DNA from: an uncultured Gammaproteobacteria bacterium
Lineage (GTDB): Bacteria > Pseudomonadota > Gammaproteobacteria > Arenicellales > JAANXG01
Length of the DNA stretch: 64,000 nucleotides
Assembly (NCBI GenBank): GCA_947258495.1
Contig: CAMYIN010000164.1
Location: forward strand, 8,111-72,110
Reading direction: 5' to 3'
Below the pieces are notes generated by a model. That model did not search any database, was not told the DNA's origin, and worked only from the letters and a program-made list of their open reading frames with translations. The position numbers and the translations under genes are program-made. Below, piece by piece: positions 51,560-59,246 of this stretch (the first letter of the stretch is position 1; each line of letters opens with the position of its first letter).

Positions 51560-52003
51560 ATGATACAACGATTCCTGGACATTCCCCGTGCCGCGAAACT
51601 TGCGGGTGTGCCACGCTCGGAAATCAGGCGTCTCATCAACGAACAGGTGCTCACGGCGTCGGACGGCAAGATTCAATACGACGAGCTGTTGCGCGTATAT
51701 CCCGAGATCCGCCGGTCCCCGAGTGCCATGCTGGAAATCGTCTCTCAGATCAAGGACGACGCGATATCGAAATCGCCCCACGACGGTTCTTGCAAGCAGA
51801 ACATGGACCTGAATATCGTCGCAGCCGAATTGAATCGCAGTCGCCAGGAGGCGATTTACTACCGGGAGCTGGCGGGAAAGTACAAGCAGATACTCAAGGA
51901 ACTGAGACCCAAGCTGGCTACATTACAGCAGAAAAGCGAGCACAAGCATCGGATTCAGGCGCTCATAGATTGGTTTGTCCATAAGACCAAGGAACTCTGG
52001 TAG
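51560..52003 (+). CDS. Putative HTH DNA-binding protein with C-terminal coiled coil
   Basis: N-terminal FLDIPRAAKLAGVPRSEIRRLINEQVL resembles an excisionase/MerR-type HTH. C-terminal heptad-rich helix. 5 nt upstream of the S24 peptidase ORF. Confidence 0.55.
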   Translation: MIQRFLDIPRAAKLAGVPRSEIRRLINEQVLTASDGKIQYDELLRVYPEIRRSPSAMLEIVSQIKDDAISKSPHDGSCKQNMDLNIVAAELNRSRQEAIYYRELAGKYKQILKELRPKLATLQQKSEHKHRIQALIDWFVHKTKELW

Positions 52004-52008
52004 ACTCT

Positions 52009-52323
52009 TTGGCCATGAGCGGTTGCTCCGGAAACGAGGCCTTCGCGCTGCGCGTACTCGGCGAGAGCATGGAGCCGGAGTTCGGCCACGGCGAAGTCAT
52101 CATTATTGAGCCGGGTGTCACGGTGGAAGACGGCTGCTTCGTTATCGCCCTGCACGAGGACGAATACATTTTCCGTCAACTGAAGCTCGAAAACGACCGA
52201 TGTTACCTCAAGCCGTTGAACACCGACTACGATACCGTTGAGATTCCGGGCCTCGACGCGATCAAGGGACGCATCGTCTCCAAATCCAACGGGCGCGGGC
52301 GGCAGCGCAAGAGTTACTTGTAG
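52009..52323 (+). CDS. Stand-alone S24 (LexA/UmuD-like) peptidase domain protein
   Basis: Ser-Lys dyad context VLGESMEPEF (Ser20) and IFRQLK (Lys59), 39 aa apart as in LexA/UmuD. No DNA-binding domain in this ORF. TTG 52009 or ATG 52015 start. Confidence 0.75.
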   Translation: MAMSGCSGNEAFALRVLGESMEPEFGHGEVIIIEPGVTVEDGCFVIALHEDEYIFRQLKLENDRCYLKPLNTDYDTVEIPGLDAIKGRIVSKSNGRGRQRKSYL

Positions 52324-52341
52324 ATCGCCGACGGTGCCCAT

Positions 52342-52821
52342 ATGCCCCGGCTCACACACCTGAACCAATCCGGAGAAGCCCACATGGTCGACGTGGGAGA
52401 CAAGGACGTGACACATCGTGTCGCAATCGCGTCGGGTTCGATTCGAATGCTCGGCGACACCCTGGCGCTCATCATGAAAGGCGGTCACAAGAAGGGCGAC
52501 GTTCTCGCCACCGCCCGCATCGCCGGAATCATGGCGGCGAAGCGCACCGCGGATTTCATACCGCTGTGCCACCCCATTCCGGTCACCAAAATAGAGCTGG
52601 ATCTTCGCACCGATAAGCGGGCTCGGGCGCTGCATTGTGTCGCCCGCGTGGAAACGCGCAGTCGCACCGGTGTGGAAATGGAGGCGTTGACCGCAGTGCA
52701 GGTCGCACTGCTCACGATCTACGACATGTGCAAAGCGGTCGATCGCGGGATGACGATTACCGACGTGCGCCTGGTGGAGAAATCCGGAGGTCGCTCGGGC
52801 CACTGGGTACGTGACGACTAA
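52342..52821 (+). CDS. moaC: Cyclic pyranopterin monophosphate synthase MoaC
   Basis: [18 protein letters not shown] start; [20 protein letters not shown]; [11 protein letters not shown] motif. Confidence 0.95.
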   Translation: MPRLTHLNQSGEAHMVDVGDKDVTHRVAIASGSIRMLGDTLALIMKGGHKKGDVLATARIAGIMAAKRTADFIPLCHPIPVTKIELDLRTDKRARALHCVARVETRSRTGVEMEALTAVQVALLTIYDMCKAVDRGMTITDVRLVEKSGGRSGHWVRDD

Positions 52822-52835
52822 ACATTGCTGACGCA

Positions 52836-53477
52836 TTGGCCGGTATTGCGGCGGCACGATGTCCACAGCGCCTCCGTCGCGTAGCTGATATATCCTCAAA
52901 TACGCTCTTCGCCGTGACCCAAGCCGACATCGAACGCTGGAACCGCAAATACGAAGCGCGCGCCGGCACGCGAACACTGGACACGGACTCCCTGCTCATC
53001 GATCATGCAATCCTTTTCACGGGTGGCGGGTATGCCCTGGACGTGGCCTGCGGGATGGGCGACAACGCACTCTTCCTCGCGCAACAGGGATATACCAGTT
53101 TCGGCGTCGACGCGAGCCTCGCGGGACTTCGCCATTGCCGACGCAAGGCGACGACGCTTGGGCTCGAGGTGCTGACGTTTGTCGCCGATCTGGAAAGCTA
53201 CCCGCTGCCTAATGCGTGTTTCGACGTTGTCGTCGCGTTTCGATATCTGGATCGCGCGCTGGTGCCCGCCATACAGGGCGCATTGAAACGCGGTGGGTTG
53301 CTCGCACTCAAGACCTTCAACCGCAATTTTCTGTCTGAGAATCCGACTTTCCCCGCCGCGTACTGTTTACGACATGGCGAGCTTCGAGGCTGGTTCGAAA
53401 GCTGGCGATGCGTCGACAGTAATGATAGGCCCGACAACCGGGATACACAGACACACTGGCTGGGCTACAAAGCGTGA
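52836..53477 (+). CDS. Class I SAM-dependent methyltransferase
   Basis: Motif I ALDVACGMGDNALFLA; acidic post-I FGVD. Likely real start GTG 52914 (VTQADIERWNRKY). Confidence 0.8.
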   Translation: MAGIAAARCPQRLRRVADISSNTLFAVTQADIERWNRKYEARAGTRTLDTDSLLIDHAILFTGGGYALDVACGMGDNALFLAQQGYTSFGVDASLAGLRHCRRKATTLGLEVLTFVADLESYPLPNACFDVVVAFRYLDRALVPAIQGALKRGGLLALKTFNRNFLSENPTFPAAYCLRHGELRGWFESWRCVDSNDRPDNRDTQTHWLGYKA

Positions 53478-53558
53478 CGCGGCAAGCGGGATCGGCGGCT
53501 GGCGCTCGCCGACATCGGAACTACTGCGCGCAAGCGGTCGCGACCGTGGCCGCGTCGA

Positions 53559-53792
53559 TCAGCCGCCCGTGACCGGCGGGAAAAACGCCACCTCGTCGCC
53601 GTCGGAGACCCGGGTTTCGGGCTTCACATAGTCCATGTTCAACGCCGCCATGACGTTGTCCGGCAGGTCTCCGGCGCCTGCGACGGCGGCCCATACATCG
53701 CCCACCGTATGGCCCTCGCCGACCTCAACATCCCGATCGGCAAACCCCAAACGTTCACGCAGACCGGCAAAAAGCCTGACCTTGATCTTCAT
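53559..53792 (-). CDS. moaD: Molybdopterin synthase sulfur-carrier subunit MoaD
   Basis: 77 aa ubiquitin-like protein; MKIKVRLFAGLRERLG start; C-terminal FFPPVTGG. Confidence 0.9.
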   Translation of the reverse strand: MKIKVRLFAGLRERLGFADRDVEVGEGHTVGDVWAAVAGAGDLPDNVMAALNMDYVKPETRVSDGDEVAFFPPVTGG

Positions 53793-53885
53793 GCCGACAG
53801 TCTACGCCTTTTGCCGCAAGTTTTCATCGACTCGGACGGCGACTTTTGCTTAGACTCTGTTCAGGCACGCTTTGGTACGATCACG

Positions 53886-54506
53886 TTGTCTTCCGAATAC
53901 TCACATGAATATCCCAAACACGACGTTACCGGCGTGATTCTTTCCGGCGGCCGCGCCCGGCGCATGGGCGGCGCCGACAAGGGCCTGGTATCGCTGGCCG
54001 GACAACCGATGCTGCGGTACGTGCTCGAGACCATACGACCTCAAGTCGCGCGGGTTATTGTCAACGCCAACCGGAATCTCGACGCGTACCGGGAATTCGG
54101 CTGCGACCTGGTGAGCGACTTGGTCGGAGGATTTTCCGGACCTCTCGCCGGCATGGCGAGCGGCATGCAAGCCGCGTCCACCGCCTACGTCGTCAGCGTC
54201 CCCTGTGATTCGCCGCTCATTACCGGCGATCTTGTCGCGCGCCTGTACCGATCCCTGAGCGAGGAACAGGCCGAAGTCTGCGTGGTGCACGACGGCGAGC
54301 GCGTCCATCCGGTGTTCCTGCTGTTACACCGCGATCTGCTCGACAGCATACTGTCGTTTCTCGAATCCGGAGAGCGCAAAATCGATAAGTGGTTTACCCG
54401 ACACCGCTTGGCGGTATGCGATTTTTCGGATCGTCCGCATGCGTTCGCAAATGTCAATCGTCTTGAAGACATGGAGCGGTTGGAAAAATTGGTAAGGTCT
54501 CACTGA
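53886..54506 (+). CDS. mobA: Molybdenum cofactor guanylyltransferase MobA
   Basis: VTGVILSGGRARRMGGADKG motif ~15 aa from the proposed TTG start at 53886. The listed start (53709) would overlap moaD antisense. Confidence 0.85.
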   Translation: MSSEYSHEYPKHDVTGVILSGGRARRMGGADKGLVSLAGQPMLRYVLETIRPQVARVIVNANRNLDAYREFGCDLVSDLVGGFSGPLAGMASGMQAASTAYVVSVPCDSPLITGDLVARLYRSLSEEQAEVCVVHDGERVHPVFLLLHRDLLDSILSFLESGERKIDKWFTRHRLAVCDFSDRPHAFANVNRLEDMERLEKLVRSH

Positions 54507-54509
54507 TCC

Positions 54510-55289
54510 ATGGCCGCGGATCCGGTTCCACAAACTCCGTCTCTGTACGACCTGGTCACGGTGGACAGGACCGACAGCGCCAGGGCCCATGCCGAGCGGC
54601 TTGCAGCCGATGGCGCCGACGAGGGCACTCTGGTGTGGGCGAAAGCCCAATACGAGGGACTCGGCCGAAACCGGCAACATTGGATTTCGGGATACCAGAA
54701 TCTTCATTTGGCGCTGGTGCTCAGACCGGAGCAGGCCTTCGACGTGGCCTGTCAGTTGAGCCTGGTGGCGACCGTCTGCATCGCCCAGGCGATCGCGGAA
54801 CAGGGAGAACCCATGGAAGAACTTCGATACCGCTGGCCCAACGACCTGTTGCTCAATCGGGGCAAGGTAGCGGGGGTGACCCTCAGCGGCAGTTTGAACG
54901 CCGAGGAAATTCCGAACTGGATGGTGCTGAGCGTAAACGTGAACGTGTTCGATCACCCGGACAGCCTGGGATTTCTGGCATCGAGCATGCGCGGAGAGGG
55001 ATTCGAGAGCCACGACCGGGTTCGGCTTACCGAACAATTCTGCCGCCAGTTCCTCGCCTGGGGAAACCGGTGGGCGAACGACGGCTTCGCACCGATCCGC
55101 AAGGCCTGGTTGACGCGTGGTCGAGGCGCGCCCTTGAGTCAGACGGTGCGACTCGGGGGCCGGGAGATAAGCGGGACCTTCCTGGACATGGATGAGCGCG
55201 GCGCGCTGGTGCTCGAGTTGGAAACACGGGGCCGGGAGACCGTAGGCCTGGAGTCGTTCTTTCGTCCGGATTTCACCGGCGAACGGTGA
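54510..55289 (+). CDS. Biotin/lipoate protein ligase (BPL_LplA_LipB) family protein, BirA-like without HTH
   Basis: GLGRNRQHW in the position of the BirA GRGRxGRxW loop; WPNDLLLNRGKVAGVTL matches the BirA beta-strand region; 259 aa. Confidence 0.7.
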   Translation: MAADPVPQTPSLYDLVTVDRTDSARAHAERLAADGADEGTLVWAKAQYEGLGRNRQHWISGYQNLHLALVLRPEQAFDVACQLSLVATVCIAQAIAEQGEPMEELRYRWPNDLLLNRGKVAGVTLSGSLNAEEIPNWMVLSVNVNVFDHPDSLGFLASSMRGEGFESHDRVRLTEQFCRQFLAWGNRWANDGFAPIRKAWLTRGRGAPLSQTVRLGGREISGTFLDMDERGALVLELETRGRETVGLESFFRPDFTGER

Positions 55290-55422
55290 CTGGTAGAATA
55301 CAAGTATCGTGATGATAAAGAGGCCACGTTGCGGGTTTCCAGCGTAAGCGACCCGATGCCCGCTGTACTCTTACCCGCTTTGAGTCGAACGCACGCCAGA
55401 GAATACCTGACCGCTTCCACCG

Positions 55423-56169
55423 ATGAGCAAACACAAATCGTCAGGCATGAATCGTCGCAGTTTCGTCAAGTTGTGCATGACCGCGCTCGCGGCGAGCACC
55501 CAGGGCGCCGCATTTGCCGCCCCCAGAGGTACCCTGCATGCGTATCCGCGCTCGCTGTTGACGGATCAGACGCGCCGTCCCCTGCGTGCCTCGGATCTGG
55601 TGGTCGGGGAAAACTATATTTTCCATTATCCCTTCGTTACCACGCCCTGCTTTCTCGTCAACCTGGGCGCACCTACGGATTCCGAGGTCGTCCTGAAAAC
55701 CGAACGCGGCAAGTCCTACGCGTGGCAGGGCGGCGTCGGCCCGGACGCCTCCATCGTCGCCTTTTCAGCGATCTGTGCGCACAAGATGACGCATCCCGCC
55801 AAGGCGGTAAGCTTCATTAACTATCGCCACGAGCGTGTGCGCTTCCTCAATAATCAAAAAGAGGGCCTGGAAGGATCTCAGGTCATCTACTGCTGTTCGG
55901 AGAAGAGCGTCTACGACGCCCGCCGGGGCGCCCGCGTCCTCGGGGGGCCCGCCAAACAACCCCTGGCCGCCGTGAAACTGGAGTACGACGACGAGGACAC
56001 GCTGCACGCCGTCGGCACCTACGGCGGAGAGATGTTCAAGAAGTTCTTCTCCGAATTCCGCGAGCGGCTGCAACTCGAATACCTTATCCAGGATGTGGAC
56101 CGAGCGATCGGCGCGCACACCCAAGTCACCCCGCTGGACCAATACTGCAAGACCCAGATATTGTGTTGA
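55423..56169 (+). CDS. Tat-signal protein with arsenite-oxidase-small-subunit-like (AioB-like) Rieske fold, non-canonical ligands
   Basis: Twin-arginine signal MNRRSFVKLCMTALAASTQGAAFA. GGVGPDASIVAFSAICAHKMTHP and IYCCSEKSVYD align (from memory) to AioB GGVGPDGDIVGFSTICPHKG and NCPGHFSVFD. Confidence 0.6.
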   Translation: MSKHKSSGMNRRSFVKLCMTALAASTQGAAFAAPRGTLHAYPRSLLTDQTRRPLRASDLVVGENYIFHYPFVTTPCFLVNLGAPTDSEVVLKTERGKSYAWQGGVGPDASIVAFSAICAHKMTHPAKAVSFINYRHERVRFLNNQKEGLEGSQVIYCCSEKSVYDARRGARVLGGPAKQPLAAVKLEYDDEDTLHAVGTYGGEMFKKFFSEFRERLQLEYLIQDVDRAIGAHTQVTPLDQYCKTQILC

Positions 56170-56180
56170 GCCGCGGCTCG

Positions 56181-56201
56181 CGCCGGCGTACTCGGCCGGC
56201 G
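56181..56201. terminator. Candidate bidirectional hairpin between convergent genes
   Basis: CGCCGGC (56181-56187) pairs with GCCGGCG (56195-56201) around a 7-nt loop, between the stops at 56169 and 56225. Confidence 0.3.
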
Positions 56202-56224
56202 ATCTGCTCTCAGAGTCGCCGCCT

Positions 56225-56956
56225 TCAGCGGGAGCTGATGCGCGCGTTGCGGAAAACGTCCAGGAGCTCCGGCTGTTGTCTTTGTGTCGCGAATTCATAG
56301 GCGGTACGTCCATCGGCATCGCGAATATTCCTGTCTGCGCCTGCCGCCAGCAACAAACGTACGATTTCCAGGTGCCCCTGCGTCGCCGCCAGATGCAGCG
56401 CGGTGAATCCCTTTTCTCCGCGGCGGTTGATGTCGACACGATCGTCCTGCAGCAGCAGCCTGACAATAGCGGGTCGATTTTCGTATCCGGCGCGCATGAG
56501 CGGGGTCCATTGATACACGTCCGGTGCATTGGGGTCCGCGCCCCTTGCCAGCAACAACTCGAGAATGTGGTCGTAGCCCTTCGCCGCAGCGATCATGGTT
56601 GCCGACCAACCGTTATCGGCCCTGGCGTCGAAATCGGCCCCTCGATCTAGCAGCACGTGCACGATCTCGAGATCCCCTCCGAGCACCGCGTACATCAAAG
56701 GCGTGCCGCCGTTGTCATTGGCGAGGTTGGCGTCCGCGCCGGCGTTCAACAGCGCCTGGAGCCGCTCCAGTTCGCGACCGCGGGCCGCCTGCATGAGTTC
56801 GGTCTTGCCATTGTCGCCCGCGCTCGTCGCAGCGTCGCCCCAATCCCGGCCGTCGGCCTCCGAGGCGTGCAGGGAAAAGGGGGATTGCGACACAGTAAAC
56901 AGGGACATCGCGGCGATGGACGCGAGAAGCGTCCGACGAATGAGCTTAGGCCTCAC
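56225..56956 (-). CDS. Secreted ankyrin-repeat protein
   Basis: Signal peptide LLASIAAMSLFTVSQSPFSLHA; about five ANK repeats (G.TPLM.A...G..EIV..LL..GAD.N). Confidence 0.88.
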   Translation of the reverse strand: MRPKLIRRTLLASIAAMSLFTVSQSPFSLHASEADGRDWGDAATSAGDNGKTELMQAARGRELERLQALLNAGADANLANDNGGTPLMYAVLGGDLEIVHVLLDRGADFDARADNGWSATMIAAAKGYDHILELLLARGADPNAPDVYQWTPLMRAGYENRPAIVRLLLQDDRVDINRRGEKGFTALHLAATQGHLEIVRLLLAAGADRNIRDADGRTAYEFATQRQQPELLDVFRNARISSR

Positions 56957-56971
56957 GATCCCCTCCGCTTG

Positions 56972-57661
56972 TCAATGCTCCGTGCGGGCGGTGTCAGGCC
57001 CCGAGTCTTGACGCAGCTGGTAGTATGACACGATGTCAGACATCGCCATATCCGCGTTGTAGTTTCTCGCCATCTTCAAAATACTATCGTGTGCGAACGC
57101 CTCGCGTGTCAAGGTCTCGAGTTGCTGACGCCGCTCCCGGGCGACGGTTTGTTGCTGAGAGTGCAGAATTCGGTAATCGGAGTCACCGAAAAAAACCCAC
57201 CAGCGATCCTGCGCGGAAAGCAGTTTCAGACTCTGGTAATGCCGCTCTACTTTGCCCGGCGTCAACAGGATCTCATACAGCAAAGGATCATCCGGAATGG
57301 TTCGTATTTCCAGTTTGCAAACGACCACCGCCGCGTTCGCGTGCCTGATCAATTCCGGCCGAAGAATCATCGGTATCGGCGAGTTGGCGCGCTTGATCAG
57401 CCGTCGGTCCTGCCTGCATTCGGGACCGGCGACGTACACAAACCACGCGCACTCCCAAGCTTGCCCATCGATCTGAACGGGCACGCAAGTGGCATCGGCC
57501 CCGCTGACACGCATGGCGTCGCGAATGGATTTAGGAAAGTAACGCATCAAGCGACCACCAAGGTGGCAAGTGGCACATGGCGTATCCCCGACCGCGACGG
57601 CGATATCGGATCGCAACTCGCATTCGCACCCTCGCCGCACCCTCCACGCCCGGTCGTCCAC
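56972..57661 (-). CDS. Hypothetical protein (last-but-one gene of the FDH transcription unit)
   Basis: ORF co-directional with fdh genes, 16 nt before the ankyrin gene. No motif recognised. Start uncertain (GTG 57661 or ATG 57547). Confidence 0.45.
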   Translation of the reverse strand: MDDRAWRVRRGCECELRSDIAVAVGDTPCATCHLGGRLMRYFPKSIRDAMRVSGADATCVPVQIDGQAWECAWFVYVAGPECRQDRRLIKRANSPIPMILRPELIRHANAAVVVCKLEIRTIPDDPLLYEILLTPGKVERHYQSLKLLSAQDRWWVFFGDSDYRILHSQQQTVARERRQQLETLTREAFAHDSILKMARNYNADMAMSDIVSYYQLRQDSGPDTARTEH

Positions 57662-57717
57662 ATAAAAACACCGGGCGCGATACGCCTGGTGTCGTGCGGC
57701 ACCTTGGTGCGGCGCGT

Positions 57718-58773
57718 TTAACCCGCCTGCTTCGCTTCCGAGCCGCCCGCCGCGGGTTCCCCGGTCTCCGCAGTGGCGGTGTTCTTGACCTCCTCATACC
57801 ACAGGTCGTGGTGCTGCTTGGCCCACTCCACGCTCACCCGTCCACGCGCCATGCCCTGCAGCGCACCCTCGGAACCCAGCAATCCGAGGTATATGTGGCC
57901 CAGCGACACCGCCACCCAGATGATTGCGGCGATGGCGTGGATGATGCTTGTGAGTTGCATAGTCTCGCGCGTCTGACCGAAATTGGGGAAGTCCAGGATC
58001 AAGCCGGTTACACACACCGCCACGCCGAAAGTGGCGACGATCCAGAACCAGATCTTTTCACCCCCGTTGGAACGCCCCGCGGAGACGTGCTCGCCGCTTA
58101 GCATGCCACCCCCCTTCTTGATCCACGCCCAGTCGGTCGCGTTGGGGATGTTGAACCGCATCCAGGCCAGGATCTCGAGCAACACGCCGACGACGAAGAA
58201 CGGGCCCAGGTAATTGTGCAGCAACATGGCGAAGTCGGCCCAGGCGCCGAAGCCCTGCGGCCCCAGCACCGGGATGAGCACCGCCCGGCCGAACAGCAGG
58301 CTCAGCCCGGTGATCGAGAGTATGATGAACAATACCGCCGTGTACCAGTGCAAAACGCGCTCACCGAGACTCCAGCGCGGCACCGTCTTTCCCGAAAGCG
58401 GGCCCTCGAGCTTCTGCGGCCCCTTGATCAGGTGGAACAAACCGATCAGCAGGACAACGATCGCCAGTATCCAGGGCGTGTAGCTGGCCACCGGCCCGTT
58501 GCGAAGCTGGCGCCAGTTTTGCCCCCCGTTCTGTATCAGGACATTGGTGGTATACGGACCCGACGCCGACGTGTAGCCGGCGTTTCCTTCGCGAATCGCC
58601 CGCCAATAATTGGCGCGCGGGTTCGCATCCTGCGCGGCGGCCGCATTCGCGGACACGAGGTCCACGTAGACGTAGCTCGCCAGGGGCAGAAACACCGCGC
58701 CGACGACGATGATCACGGCGCTCCAGAGCATGATCCTGGCGTGGCGTCTCGCAGATGTAGATGTTGTTTTCAT
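57718..58773 (-). CDS. Formate dehydrogenase gamma subunit (cytochrome b, FdnI-like with N-terminal periplasmic extension)
   Basis: GGAGG SD. N-terminal TM segment plus ~100-aa extension, then a 4-TM cytochrome b core with conserved His (RVLHWYTA..., LLHNY..., IIHAIAAI..). Confidence 0.85.
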   Translation of the reverse strand: MKTTSTSARRHARIMLWSAVIIVVGAVFLPLASYVYVDLVSANAAAAQDANPRANYWRAIREGNAGYTSASGPYTTNVLIQNGGQNWRQLRNGPVASYTPWILAIVVLLIGLFHLIKGPQKLEGPLSGKTVPRWSLGERVLHWYTAVLFIILSITGLSLLFGRAVLIPVLGPQGFGAWADFAMLLHNYLGPFFVVGVLLEILAWMRFNIPNATDWAWIKKGGGMLSGEHVSAGRSNGGEKIWFWIVATFGVAVCVTGLILDFPNFGQTRETMQLTSIIHAIAAIIWVAVSLGHIYLGLLGSEGALQGMARGRVSVEWAKQHHDLWYEEVKNTATAETGEPAAGGSEAKQAG

Positions 58774-58794
58774 ATTGAATACGCCTCCAATGGG

Positions 58795-58965
58795 TTAGCG
58801 ATCGACCTGAACCGAGGCCAGGCGTTCGCGAAGATCCTTCGCCTGCTGTGCCGATCGCGCGCGTTCCTCCGAGAGTTGCTGGTCACCGGACACCCACGGA
58901 TCCTGCACCCCGGAGCAACCCGCCGTCAGCAACAACGCAGCAGTGAGCAGAAAGAGATTGCGCAC
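58795..58965 (-). CDS. Small lipoprotein (56 aa), paralogue of the adjacent 63-aa lipoprotein; not in the ORF track
   Basis: Hand translation from GTG 58965: MRNLFLLTAALLLTAGCSGVQDPWVSGDQQLSEERARSAQQAKDLRERLASVQVDR, stop 58795-58797. Lipobox LTAGC. GGTGG 4 nt upstream of the start. Confidence 0.6.
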   Translation of the reverse strand: MRNLFLLTAALLLTAGCSGVQDPWVSGDQQLSEERARSAQQAKDLRERLASVQVDR

Positions 58966-58974
58966 GACACCACC

Positions 58975-59166
58975 TCACCGATCCATCTGCACCAACTCGA
59001 ACCGCTTTTTCAACGTCTCCGCCCGCTGATCCGCCTTTCCCATCATCAACGGATCCTTGGGCCCCTTGTAGACGCCGGGTTCGTACGTCGTTACATTCGG
59101 CGACTCGTAGCATCCTCCCAGGAACAACAGCGTCAAGCCCGCCATCGTACTCACAAGCGTTTTCAT
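58975..59166 (-). CDS. Small lipoprotein (63 aa)
   Basis: MKTLVSTMAGLTLLFLGGCYES lipobox. The C-terminal ...KKRFELVQMDR parallels ...RERLASVQVDR of the next ORF. Confidence 0.6.
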   Translation of the reverse strand: MKTLVSTMAGLTLLFLGGCYESPNVTTYEPGVYKGPKDPLMMGKADQRAETLKKRFELVQMDR

Positions 59167-59246
59167 AGACTCATGCCTCCTCCAGCCGACGATATCAGGG
59201 TCAGCGAAAAGGGCCGACGGGACGCCCCGCCGGCCCGTGTGCTGCG

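Noticed and set aside
53709-53885. Longer MobA ORF starting at 53709 (265 aa)
   Set aside because: The extra 59 codons overlap moaD on the opposite strand and precede the conserved N-terminal GGxARRMGG motif by far more than in known MobA proteins. The TTG at 53886 gives a normal ~206-aa protein.
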